Origin: a virus
Lineage: Duplodnaviria; Caudoviricetes
Strand: one strand, 5' to 3'
Virus record (IMG/VR): IMGVR_UViG_3300003320_000367
Span: 4,819 to 68,818 of that record
Length of the DNA: 64,000 bases
Shown here: positions 50,765 to 57,714 of the stretch, piece after piece
Layout: the number at the start of each line of letters is the position of its first letter
How positions within the stretch are numbered: position 1 is the stretch's first letter
Notes under the pieces: model-generated
What the model saw: the letters and a program-made list of their open reading frames with translations, nothing else
Databases searched by the model: none
Told to the model about the DNA's origin: nothing
Translations under genes and position numbers: made by a program

Positions 50765-51081
50765 CAGGGGCGGAACTCCTCGTCGATCTCGTCGAGCTTG
50801 TGCTCCAGCTCGTCGAGGCGCTCGGGGCGCAGAGCCCTCACGTCCTCTTCGAGAGCGTCGGCCTCTCGCTCGGGTAGCTTGGGGTCCGACATGAGCATGG
50901 TCAGGATCTTGCGGATGCAGCCCCAGCACGAGAGCAGCCCCATGGGGTACCACTCGCCAGCTTCCGGGGTGATCTCCGGATCGTCCAGATCACGAGGGAT
51001 GCAGCAGACAGCCGCCTTCTCGTGGCACAGATAGCAATTGGACCCGCGTTGCGCCGGGCTGACGCACACCTCTGGCTTCAC
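50764..51081 (-). CDS. Cys-rich hypothetical protein
   Basis: CYLC...CCIP...CWGC. Confidence 0.6.
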   Translation of the reverse strand: MKPEVCVSPAQRGSNCYLCHEKAAVCCIPRDLDDPEITPEAGEWYPMGLLSCWGCIRKILTMLMSDPKLPEREADALEEDVRALRPERLDELEHKLDEIDEEFRP

Positions 51082-51362
51082 CGGATCGCCTCCCACAGCG
51101 GCTTGGGGGCGTACGGGTTGTAGTCCGACCACGAGCTGACCTGGTCGGTGGCGACCCAGACTGCCTTGCGCTCGGGCTCTCTGAGCTCGCCCTCGACGTG
51201 GTCGCTCAGCTCCTCGCCGGAGATGACGCCGACGACCGCGCCAGTGAGCGGGTAGGTCGGCTGGATGCAGGCAAGTACCTCCACCTCGCTCGTGTCGACG
51301 TCGGACGCCTTGAGGTCCTCCTGGATCTCCAGGAGCTTCTCGATGAGTTCGTCCAGCTTCAT
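51078..51362 (-). CDS. hypothetical protein
   Basis: GGAGG SD adjoining hammerhead HH-G; MKLDELIEKL. Confidence 0.75.
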   Translation of the reverse strand: MKLDELIEKLLEIQEDLKASDVDTSEVEVLACIQPTYPLTGAVVGVISGEELSDHVEGELREPERKAVWVATDQVSSWSDYNPYAPKPLWEAIR

Positions 51363-51378
51363 ATGCAAGATCCTCCAC

Positions 51379-51453
51379 GATCTCGTCAGCAGCCGCACCA
51401 TACGGCCGGACGCCCGTCCCACGGCTGGCAGCCGCGTTCCGAGCGTTTCGATC
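51379..51453 (-). ncRNA. type II hammerhead ribozyme HH-G
   Basis: GAUC GAAA CGCUCG...CGGGCG UC| CGGCCG uauggug CGGCUG CUGACGA GAUC; predicted cut after 51409. Confidence 0.9.
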
Positions 51454-51562
51454 TGGGGTGGAGGTCACCCTCTCTGCGACCTTGCGTAGGCCACAGCGAG
51501 GGCGATGGTTAATAACCAGAACCACAGCCCCGAGAGGTCTGGTCTGGGCCTGTGATTCACGT

Positions 51563-52045
51563 TCAGTCCTTCGTCTCGACGAACCCGGCCTCGTCCGTTC
51601 CGAAGTCGCTCGGAGCGTTCTCATCCCGGATACCGTACTCGCGCCGACGCTTGACCTCCTCGGCTGACACGAGCGTCATCTGGCGACCCTTGAAGTCGAT
51701 GCCGATGTCGTACCGCGCCTTGAGCTCGTGTACCAGCCACGCCGGGTTGATCCACAGCGGCACGTACATCTTTCCGTCGTTGCAGAGCTCGATGTACGCG
51801 GCCTTGAGCAGGTCGTCGCATCCCATCTCGCGGAGCGTCTTGGGCAGCTCCATCATGTCCGGGGTCGGGTCGGTGTTGCACCAGCGCAGGTTCCAGTCGA
51901 CCTCGTCGTTGTCTGCATCGCGCAGCCGCAGCCGGTTGATCGCGTCGTTGGCCTTGTCCTGGTCGGTGAACACTGCGAAGTGCTCCTCGCGGTCCTCCTC
52001 GACCAGGACCTTGTAGATGTTCCAGACCGTCGACTCGGTTTCCAT
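51563..52045 (-). CDS. hypothetical protein
   Basis: GAGGAGG SD adjoining HH-F; METESTVWNIY. Confidence 0.75.
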   Translation of the reverse strand: METESTVWNIYKVLVEEDREEHFAVFTDQDKANDAINRLRLRDADNDEVDWNLRWCNTDPTPDMMELPKTLREMGCDDLLKAAYIELCNDGKMYVPLWINPAWLVHELKARYDIGIDFKGRQMTLVSAEEVKRRREYGIRDENAPSDFGTDEAGFVETKD

Positions 52046-52058
52046 GCATCCTCCTCGG

Positions 52059-52120
52059 GGACTCCTCAGCAGCGCCATCCAGCGCCGGACCATCGGGGCC
52101 GGAGCCCCTAGGTTTCGTCC
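52059..52120 (-). ncRNA. type II hammerhead ribozyme HH-F
   Basis: GGAC GAAA CC..GGGGC uccg GCCCC..GG UC| CGGCGC uggaug GCGCUG CUGAGGA GUCC; predicted cut after 52088. Confidence 0.87.
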
Positions 52121-52180
52121 TTGCCCCAGCACCCCGGCCGGAGGACTCGAAGTCTCTCCGACCGGGGGCGTCATGGGGTG

Positions 52181-52645
52181 TTACTTCTTGGTGGCCGCCG
52201 TCCGCCGGGTGCGCCGGGCGGTGGTCGCCTTCTTGGGCTCAGGAGCGGCCTCCGTGGCCGCCTCCGCGCCGTTCTCGCCGTCGCCCTCAGCGGTGGGCTC
52301 GGCGTCCGCCTTCGGGGCCTCAGCGGGCTCCTCGGGCTTCGCCTCGTCCTTCTGCTCGCCGCCCTTGAGCTTGGCGAGCTCCGCCTCCAGCTTGGCCAGC
52401 TTCCGAGCCTTGGCCTCCTCCGCCTTCTTGGCGGCCTCAGCCTTGCGCTCGGCGAGAGCCTTCTGGTTCTCCTCGCTGGACTGGAAGTCCATCCGCATGG
52501 TGACGGCGAGCTGGACCGTCTTCAGGTCCGGGGTGTAGCCCGTCTTCTCCTCGATCCACTTGGCGAACGCCTTGTGGAGCTCGGTGGGCTCAGCGGCCGC
52601 ACGCTCAGCGAAGGTCTTCTTGCTGGGGGTGGTGTTCTCGGCCAT
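52181..52645 (-). CDS. hypothetical protein, paralogue 2 of a 3-member family
   Basis: PTELHKAFAKWIEEKTGY...KTVQLAVTMRMDFQSSEENQ plus K/A/E tail. Confidence 0.8.
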   Translation of the reverse strand: MAENTTPSKKTFAERAAAEPTELHKAFAKWIEEKTGYTPDLKTVQLAVTMRMDFQSSEENQKALAERKAEAAKKAEEAKARKLAKLEAELAKLKGGEQKDEAKPEEPAEAPKADAEPTAEGDGENGAEAATEAAPEPKKATTARRTRRTAATKK

Positions 52646-52661
52646 GGTGTTTCCTCCTTGG

Positions 52662-52725
52662 GGACTCATCGGCACCGGCATCCACCGGCGGACGAGCAGC
52701 GCTTCCCAGCGGGCTCGTTTCGTCC
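52662..52725 (-). ncRNA. type II hammerhead ribozyme HH-E (variant core CCGAUGA)
   Basis: GGAC GAAA CGAGC...GCUCG UC| CGCCGG uggaug CCGGUG CCGAUGA GUCC; predicted cut after 52691. Confidence 0.78.
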
Positions 52726-53148
52726 TTGTTGTTGATGAGTGCCGGCATCTCCTCAGCTTGTTGAGGGTTGCGGTTGCCGGCATACCGTCCACCTTTCGAC
52801 TTCCTGGCCAGAGGTGCCCCGAGCGGGGTGTCTCACTTGACCCAGGCTTGAAGAGGTGGAGTTCGTCGCTCGCTAGCAGCTTTCAGTACCGCCCGGATGT
52901 GTGCGCTTCCTCCACCCGCAGTGGGTGGCGGCTGCCCGTCCTCGGGAAGTCCAGTCGCTTCGCTCGCAACTACCGGTTTTGGGGAGTCCGGTTCCTGTCT
53001 AGAGTCAGCGGCCAGGACCAGGGTCCTGTGCGCGATCTCAGCCGTCTCTCTTGGCTGTCCTGCTCGGGTTCGCGGTCTTCGGGCGGAACCTCGACCCTCG
53101 GCCAGACCGGCCATCCGGGGAGTTCGTTCCTTGCCCTCGTCGCTTCCT
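52692..53148 (-). ncRNA. candidate structured non-coding RNA B (promoter to HH-E cut)
   Basis: No SD-led ORF; 5' part homologous to 57582-57675. Confidence 0.55.
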
Positions 53149-53155
53149 GAGTAGA

Positions 53156-53185
53156 ACTATGCGCCATATCCGGGTCCGAGGCAAC
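53156..53185 (-). promoter_or_regulatory. putative early promoter GTTGCC-N18-CATAGT
   Basis: Matches the repeated right-arm promoter family. Confidence 0.65.
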
Positions 53186-53352
53186 TCAGCCCCTACCTGG
53201 TCATTCACCGTGTTTGACCAGGTAGGAGCATGTGCAAACTTCGTGGAACTTTTTTCGACTTTTTCTATTTCCGCAGGCCGGCATGAGTGCGACGCGTCAT
53301 GGGGTGAATCGGGCGAACCATATCGTCAACGGCGATTCACCCGGCCTCCGGC

Positions 53353-53754
53353 CTACCAGCAGCCGGTGTGGATGGGCGTGAACTTGAGGTTCTCGTCCTC
53401 CGCCTTGAACAGCGCCTTGGTGTAGTCGGTCTTCCGCACGGTGTACCAGACGTCGTCGTCCTTGGCGGAGCCATTGACGTTGTCCAGCTCCACGCAGTAC
53501 AGCGCGGGCTTGGCCCTGCGATCGACGACCTTCTTCCAGCTGGTCACAGTCTTGTAAGACTTGCACTTGCCGGCAACCTTGCGCGTGCAGACGCGCTCGG
53601 TCTTCTTCTCCCTGTGGCTCTTCTCCTTGACGGCGGCCACGTGCCTGACATCGTCGCGGTCGCCAGACACCGGCTTCTGCGCGGGTGCACTGGCGTCGCA
53701 CGCCACGGCCGCAACCATCACAGCGCCAACCAGCACTGCGTTCCTGATCCTCAT
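53353..53754 (-). CDS. putative lipoprotein
   Basis: MRIRNAVLVGAVMVAAVAC lipobox-like signal. Confidence 0.7.
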   Translation of the reverse strand: MRIRNAVLVGAVMVAAVACDASAPAQKPVSGDRDDVRHVAAVKEKSHREKKTERVCTRKVAGKCKSYKTVTSWKKVVDRRAKPALYCVELDNVNGSAKDDDVWYTVRKTDYTKALFKAEDENLKFTPIHTGCW

Positions 53755-53770
53755 GCTGTTCCTTCGCTCG

Positions 53771-53959
53771 TTACTTCACGATGTTGTACGAGACGACGAC
53801 GTGCTTTGCAGCATCTTCGGCGATCATCTCTCGCACCCGCTCGTCGCGGTCCTCTGGGAGGATCGCCTCCCAGAGGTGCTTCGGAATCCTGAGCCAGCCC
53901 TTCATGGTGGTGGCTGCCGGTCCGTAGCCGATCTCAAAGTGGACCTCGATGTCGTCCAC
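53771..53959 (-). CDS. small hypothetical protein
   Basis: AAGGAG SD before GTG. Confidence 0.6.
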   Translation of the reverse strand: MDDIEVHFEIGYGPAATTMKGWLRIPKHLWEAILPEDRDERVREMIAEDAAKHVVVSYNIVK

Positions 53960-54066
53960 ATTCGGCTCCTTCGGCCGTAGGTGGCCCATAGCGGGCTCGG
54001 GAGCGCCCCGGCCTCCCAAGGGGATGACCGGGGCGCGTTCGGCCCTTACGTGGCCGCGTAGGCCCG

Positions 54067-54435
54067 CTAGAGAGCCTTCAGGGCGTACAGCCGGTTCTGC
54101 TCGTCGCGCACGACCAGCGATCCGTCCTGCATCTCGCCGACCTGCTCGAAGAGGCCGAGGGACTTGCCGGCATCCGGGTTGCCCTTCTCTGACACGTCCG
54201 GCTTGGTGTCGGCCTCCAGGCGCCAGCTGTTGCCGGCAGAGATGACCGTGATGTCCATCCGCTCCATCAGCCGTCGCATGACGTTACGCACGGAAGCCTG
54301 GTGAGCCTCCGGCGGAAGCGCGTTCATCAGCTCGTGCACGGTGACGATGCGACCCCGGTTGGCGAGCATGAACTCGACAACGCGGGGCTCGACGACGATG
54401 CGCTTGCGACCCTCTGCGGGCTTGCCACGAACCAT
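54067..54435 (-). CDS. hypothetical protein, possible winged helix
   Basis: CCCCAAGGAGG SD; VTVHELMNAL...SVRNVMRRL. Confidence 0.7.
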   Translation of the reverse strand: MVRGKPAEGRKRIVVEPRVVEFMLANRGRIVTVHELMNALPPEAHQASVRNVMRRLMERMDITVISAGNSWRLEADTKPDVSEKGNPDAGKSLGLFEQVGEMQDGSLVVRDEQNRLYALKAL

Positions 54436-54455
54436 GGTGCAGTCCTCCTTGGGGA

Positions 54456-54848
54456 CTAGTTCTCGTACTTGACGTGCTCGGCCGCGTCGGTGGCCGCGTA
54501 GGTGTTGTTCTTCGGGTTCAGGACGATCCAGCGCTGGCGCTCCAGGCCAGCCCAGACCGCAGCCCGCTCCAGCTCGTTGAGCCTGCCGCCCTTGGTCACC
54601 TCGGCCTCGTGCTCGGCCACGGCGAACAGGAACAGGGCTCGCAGGTCCATCAGCGAGTATCGCGTGGCCAGTGCGTGGCGGACGTGCGGGCGAGTCTCCT
54701 CGCGCTTCGACTTGGAGCCGAGCCGGTACATCGCCAGCTGGTACTCGGTCGCGAAGTCGAGATGGTCCGCGAACGTCTGCGGGTTGAGCGGGACGCCTAC
54801 GGTCTCGGCGTCGAACGCCACTTGGATCCTGTGCTTCCGGTCGTACAC
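54456..54848 (-). CDS. hypothetical protein
   Basis: AAGGAGG SD adjoining HH-D. Confidence 0.75.
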   Translation of the reverse strand: MYDRKHRIQVAFDAETVGVPLNPQTFADHLDFATEYQLAMYRLGSKSKREETRPHVRHALATRYSLMDLRALFLFAVAEHEAEVTKGGRLNELERAAVWAGLERQRWIVLNPKNNTYAATDAAEHVKYEN

Positions 54849-54862
54849 TTGGTCCTCCTTCG

Positions 54863-54915
54863 GGACTCTTCAGGAGCGTCATCCAACGCCCGACCTCCTT
54901 TCGGAGGTTTCGTCC
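54863..54915 (-). ncRNA. type II hammerhead ribozyme HH-D
   Basis: GGAC GAAA CCUCC gaaa GGAGG UC| GGGCGU uggaug ACGCUC CUGAAGA GUCC; predicted cut after 54892. Confidence 0.9.
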
Positions 54916-54919
54916 TTGT

Positions 54920-55105
54920 CTACAGTTCGGACATGACCAGCAGAATGCACTCGTCGCTCATGAACGGAAACTCCCGCTTGATGGCGTCGAACACGAGCTG
55001 CTGGTCCTGGGTCAGCGCCTGCGCCTCCTGCGTCGGCTCGGGATCAGCGCGGCGATCAGCTCGCCCAGAAGGTCTGCGAGCAAGTCGATGAAGAACACCG
55101 CGCAT
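54920..55105 (-). CDS. small hypothetical protein
   Basis: ATG coupled to the upstream TGA. Confidence 0.5.
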   Translation of the reverse strand: MRGVLHRLARRPSGRADRRADPEPTQEAQALTQDQQLVFDAIKREFPFMSDECILLVMSEL

Positions 55106-55266
55106 CACTGCCCCGCCGGAGGACCGTACAGGTCCATCGCGTCGGCGTCCGGCGGCTGGACCTGCTGCTCGGGCGTGTGCCCTCGGACCTCCTGCTGGAT
55201 GACCGGGTCGGCCTCCGGCGGAGGAGCCGCCTCGTGCCCGCCGTGGGACTTGGGGATGCCGCTCAC
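55105..55266 (-). CDS. small disordered P/Q/E-rich peptide (below ORF-track cutoff)
   Basis: AAGGAG SD, GTG start; MSGIPKSHGGHEAAPPPEAD... Confidence 0.45.
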   Translation of the reverse strand: MSGIPKSHGGHEAAPPPEADPVIQQEVRGHTPEQQVQPPDADAMDLYGPPAGQ

Positions 55267-55493
55267 TTGTCACTCTCCTTCTTGGCCTTGGCCAGCGGGA
55301 TGAGGAGCCCCTGCTCGCTCATCGACACCATCTTGCAGAAGCTGACGATCTCCTTGATGACGCGCGGAGGCGCGCTGTGGATGACGACGTAGTCCTTGTT
55401 GACCACTCCGTCGAAGATCGCGAACGTCGACATCTTGATCAGTCCGTCGGCGTTCATGATGTAGTCGTACACAGCCTTGCGGTCGTTGTCCAT
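55263..55493 (-). CDS. hypothetical protein
   Basis: CCCCAAGGAGG SD; MDNDRKAVYDY. Confidence 0.7.
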   Translation of the reverse strand: MDNDRKAVYDYIMNADGLIKMSTFAIFDGVVNKDYVVIHSAPPRVIKEIVSFCKMVSMSEQGLLIPLAKAKKESDK

Positions 55494-55513
55494 GGGGTGT
55501 CCTCCTTGGGGAC

Positions 55514-55828
55514 TCAGTTGACCGGGTCGACCCGGTCGAGGTAGCGACGGAGCGCGGCGCGCACCGACTGAGGCTTGACGCCGTAGGAGCGCGCTAGGCG
55601 ACCGACGGAGTGGCAGTCGCCGCCCTCCTTGAGGAACGCGCCGTAGAGCTGTGCACCGGCCAGCGGGAGCCTCTTGTAGGGCCGAGGCTTGTGGCCTTTG
55701 CGGAGCAGCACCTTCCGGATGGTGCTCTCGTTGACGCCGAAGTGCCTCGCCGTCCGCGAGTTGTTCTGGCCGTGTTCGCGCCACGCCTTGACGACCTCGT
55801 CGTCGCTCGGCAGCGGGATCAGACCCAT
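55514..55828 (-). CDS. tandem helix-turn-helix DNA-binding protein
   Basis: NNSRTARHFGVNESTIRKVL and SVGRLARSYGVKPQSVRAAL. Confidence 0.72.
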   Translation of the reverse strand: MGLIPLPSDDEVVKAWREHGQNNSRTARHFGVNESTIRKVLLRKGHKPRPYKRLPLAGAQLYGAFLKEGGDCHSVGRLARSYGVKPQSVRAALRRYLDRVDPVN

Positions 55829-55842
55829 GGAATCCTCCTTGG

Positions 55843-55895
55843 GGACTCATCAGGAGTGCCATCCAGCACCCGACCGGTCGAAGCCGGTTTCGTCC
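55843..55895 (-). ncRNA. type II hammerhead ribozyme HH-C
   Basis: GGAC GAAA CCGG cuucga CCGG UC| GGGUGC uggaug GCACUC CUGAUGA GUCC (canonical core); predicted cut after 55872. Confidence 0.93.
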
Positions 55896-55914
55896 TTGTG
55901 TGCAAGCCGGCATG

Positions 55915-56220
55915 TCATCGGCCGATGGTGCCGCGCTCCATCTCGCGCTTGCGATAGTCGGCTGCGGCGTCCAGGCACGGCGTGCGGTTCTTCTTGAGGT
56001 CCTGCACAGCCTGCCAGATTGCGCCGGAGTAGTTCCAGCCCGCGCTCAGGTTCATCCGGGTGTGCGCCTCGGCGACAGCCACCGTGCGCTGCCCCGGCGT
56101 GAGCTCGCGCAGGATGGGCGCAGCCGCCCGGTTGCCACGGTGCGTCGTCTGGTTCTCCCACTCGTCGAGCTGCTCATCGGTGATGACGCGCTCGCCAACC
56201 TGAGGCTTGTTCGTGGTCAT
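55915..56220 (-). CDS. hypothetical protein
   Basis: GAGGAGG SD adjoining HH-B. Confidence 0.75.
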   Translation of the reverse strand: MTTNKPQVGERVITDEQLDEWENQTTHRGNRAAAPILRELTPGQRTVAVAEAHTRMNLSAGWNYSGAIWQAVQDLKKNRTPCLDAAADYRKREMERGTIGR

Positions 56221-56234
56221 GTGGTCCTCCTCGG

Positions 56235-56306
56235 GGACTCGTCAGTACGGCGATCAGCCGCAGACGGCCCGCCCTCCCCTGGCTGGGGAGTCGGGCCGTT
56301 TCGTCC
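56235..56306 (-). ncRNA. type II hammerhead ribozyme HH-B
   Basis: GGAC GAAA CGGCCCG...CGGGCCG UC| UGCGGC ugauc GCCGUA CUGACGA GUCC; predicted cut after 56263. Confidence 0.9.
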
Positions 56307-56317
56307 TTCGAGGTTGC

Positions 56318-56920
56318 TTAGTCGTCCAGCGCGGGGCAGCAGGGCTTGGCGTTGTAGGCCATGTAGTTGTCCTTCAGGCTGCTCTCGCCCGAGTCGATCA
56401 TGTCCGAGTAGATCAGGTGGGTCAGCTCGGTGTGGCTGCTGACCTGCGCGGTCTCCTTGGAGAAGCCCTTGGCCTTGGTCATCTTCTTCAGGTCGGCGCA
56501 GCCGAACTTGTGCACCTCGGGCTCGCCGTTGCCGTAGACCACGGTCAGCTTCTGGACCGGACCCGGCTCCTCGGTCTTGGCCTCCTCGGCGACCGGCTCG
56601 ACCTCCTTGGGCTCCTCGACCGCCTCGGCCTGCTCGCCACGGAGCTTCGCCAGCTCGGCCTCCAGCTTGGCCTTCTTGCGCTCGGCCGAAGCCTTCTTGC
56701 GGGCCGCAGCCGCCGCCTTGCGCTCAGCCAGCGCCTTCTGGTTCTCGGGGGAGGCCTGGAAGTCCATCCGGAGGACGGTCACCAGCTGGACCGTCTTCAG
56801 GTCGACCCGGACGCCGGTCTGAACGAACAGCCACTCAGCGAAGTCCTCGTGCAGCTGGGTCGGAGCCTTGGCCGCGATGGCCTCGTAGTTCTTCGGGGTC
56901 TTGTTGGTGTTGGCAGCCAT
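56318..56920 (-). CDS. hypothetical protein, paralogue 3 of a 3-member family (extra C-terminal Cys/His domain)
   Basis: PTQLHEDFAEWLFVQTG...KTVQLVTVLRMDFQASPENQ; VHKFGCAD...PCC. Confidence 0.8.
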   Translation of the reverse strand: MAANTNKTPKNYEAIAAKAPTQLHEDFAEWLFVQTGVRVDLKTVQLVTVLRMDFQASPENQKALAERKAAAAARKKASAERKKAKLEAELAKLRGEQAEAVEEPKEVEPVAEEAKTEEPGPVQKLTVVYGNGEPEVHKFGCADLKKMTKAKGFSKETAQVSSHTELTHLIYSDMIDSGESSLKDNYMAYNAKPCCPALDD

Positions 56921-56963
56921 GGGGTCCTCCTTGGGGACTTCGTCGGTTGGCCTTACAGTAAGA

Positions 56964-56993
56964 ACTATACTCCATTGCAGCCGGCATGGCTAC
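56964..56993 (-). promoter_or_regulatory. putative early promoter GTAGCC-N18-TATAGT
   Basis: Repeated promoter family. Confidence 0.75.
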
Positions 56994-57064
56994 TCTGGAG
57001 TGGAACTTTCTTGCCGGCACAGCCGGGGAGCTGGGGGCTCCCCGGCTGGCCGTCGCGCCTTGCC

Positions 57065-57268
57065 TCAGCGCTGGATCTCGTCCGGACCCGGCGTGCCGAG
57101 CGGGTTCTCGACCTGGATCAGGTCGGTGCCCTCGGCCCCGGTGGGCTGCGGCCGGTCGGTGATGCGGCTGTTGTCCGCGTGGTTCCCCGACTGGCCACCC
57201 TGGCCCTCGTGCTGCGTCCCGTTCGGCGGGTTGCTCGCCTGCGGTACGCGCTTCGGCAGGATGCCCAT
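57065..57268 (-). CDS. small disordered hypothetical protein
   Basis: AAGGAGG SD adjoining HH-A. Confidence 0.65.
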   Translation of the reverse strand: MGILPKRVPQASNPPNGTQHEGQGGQSGNHADNSRITDRPQPTGAEGTDLIQVENPLGTPGPDEIQR

Positions 57269-57282
57269 CGTGTTCCTCCTTG

Positions 57283-57346
57283 AGACTCCTCAGGACCGCC
57301 GTTCAGCGGCCGACAGCCAGCGTCTCCCGACGGGGCTGTTTCGTCT
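57283..57346 (-). ncRNA. type II hammerhead ribozyme HH-A
   Basis: AGAC GAAA CAGCC...GGCUG UC| GGCCGC ugaacg GCGGUC CUGAGGA GUCU; predicted cut after 57312. Confidence 0.9.
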
Positions 57347-57678
57347 TGTGTGTTGCGAGGGCGTCGGTGGGACCTACCATCCGCTCCGCCCTCTCGCCAG
57401 GCCCTTGCGCCTTGCCAACCTCTCGGATGTTCTCTCGTGGGGTGGCTGGTTCCGTGTCTCCCTAGCCAGTCCCGCGTCCGTCCCCGAGGAGTTGCGCGCT
57501 ACTACCCTGTCTACCAGTTTTCTTGTGGTGGGTTGGTGCCCAGTCTCCGAGATTGCATTTCCTGCTTCCGACCCCTCGCACGGCCGCCTTGCTCGGTGTT
57601 CGCGTTCTTCGGGTGGAGCCTCGACCGTCGGCTGGAGTCGCCGTCCCGGGAGCTTCGCTCGCCGCCCTCTCGCTTACA
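57313..57678 (-). ncRNA. candidate structured non-coding RNA A (promoter to HH-A cut)
   Basis: No SD-led ORF; homologous to 53053-53146. Confidence 0.55.
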
Positions 57679-57684
57679 GGAACT

Positions 57685-57714
57685 ATCATGCTCCATATCC
57701 ACGGGAAAGGCAAC
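57685..57714 (-). promoter_or_regulatory. putative early promoter GTTGCC-N18-CATGAT
   Basis: Variant of the promoter family with TGGAG before the -10. Confidence 0.6.

Noticed and set aside
55494-55520. GUCCCCAAGGAGG leaders near 55500 and 54444 as more hammerheads
   Set aside because: No CUGANGA, stem I, stem III or GAAA upstream; only the SD block is shared.
50544-57346. Reading the GGACGAAAC repeats as CRISPR repeats or DNA operators
   Set aside because: They are separated by whole genes and always paired with covarying stems and CUGANGA, which fits hammerhead RNA. The Cas4-like gene is a typical phage exonuclease.
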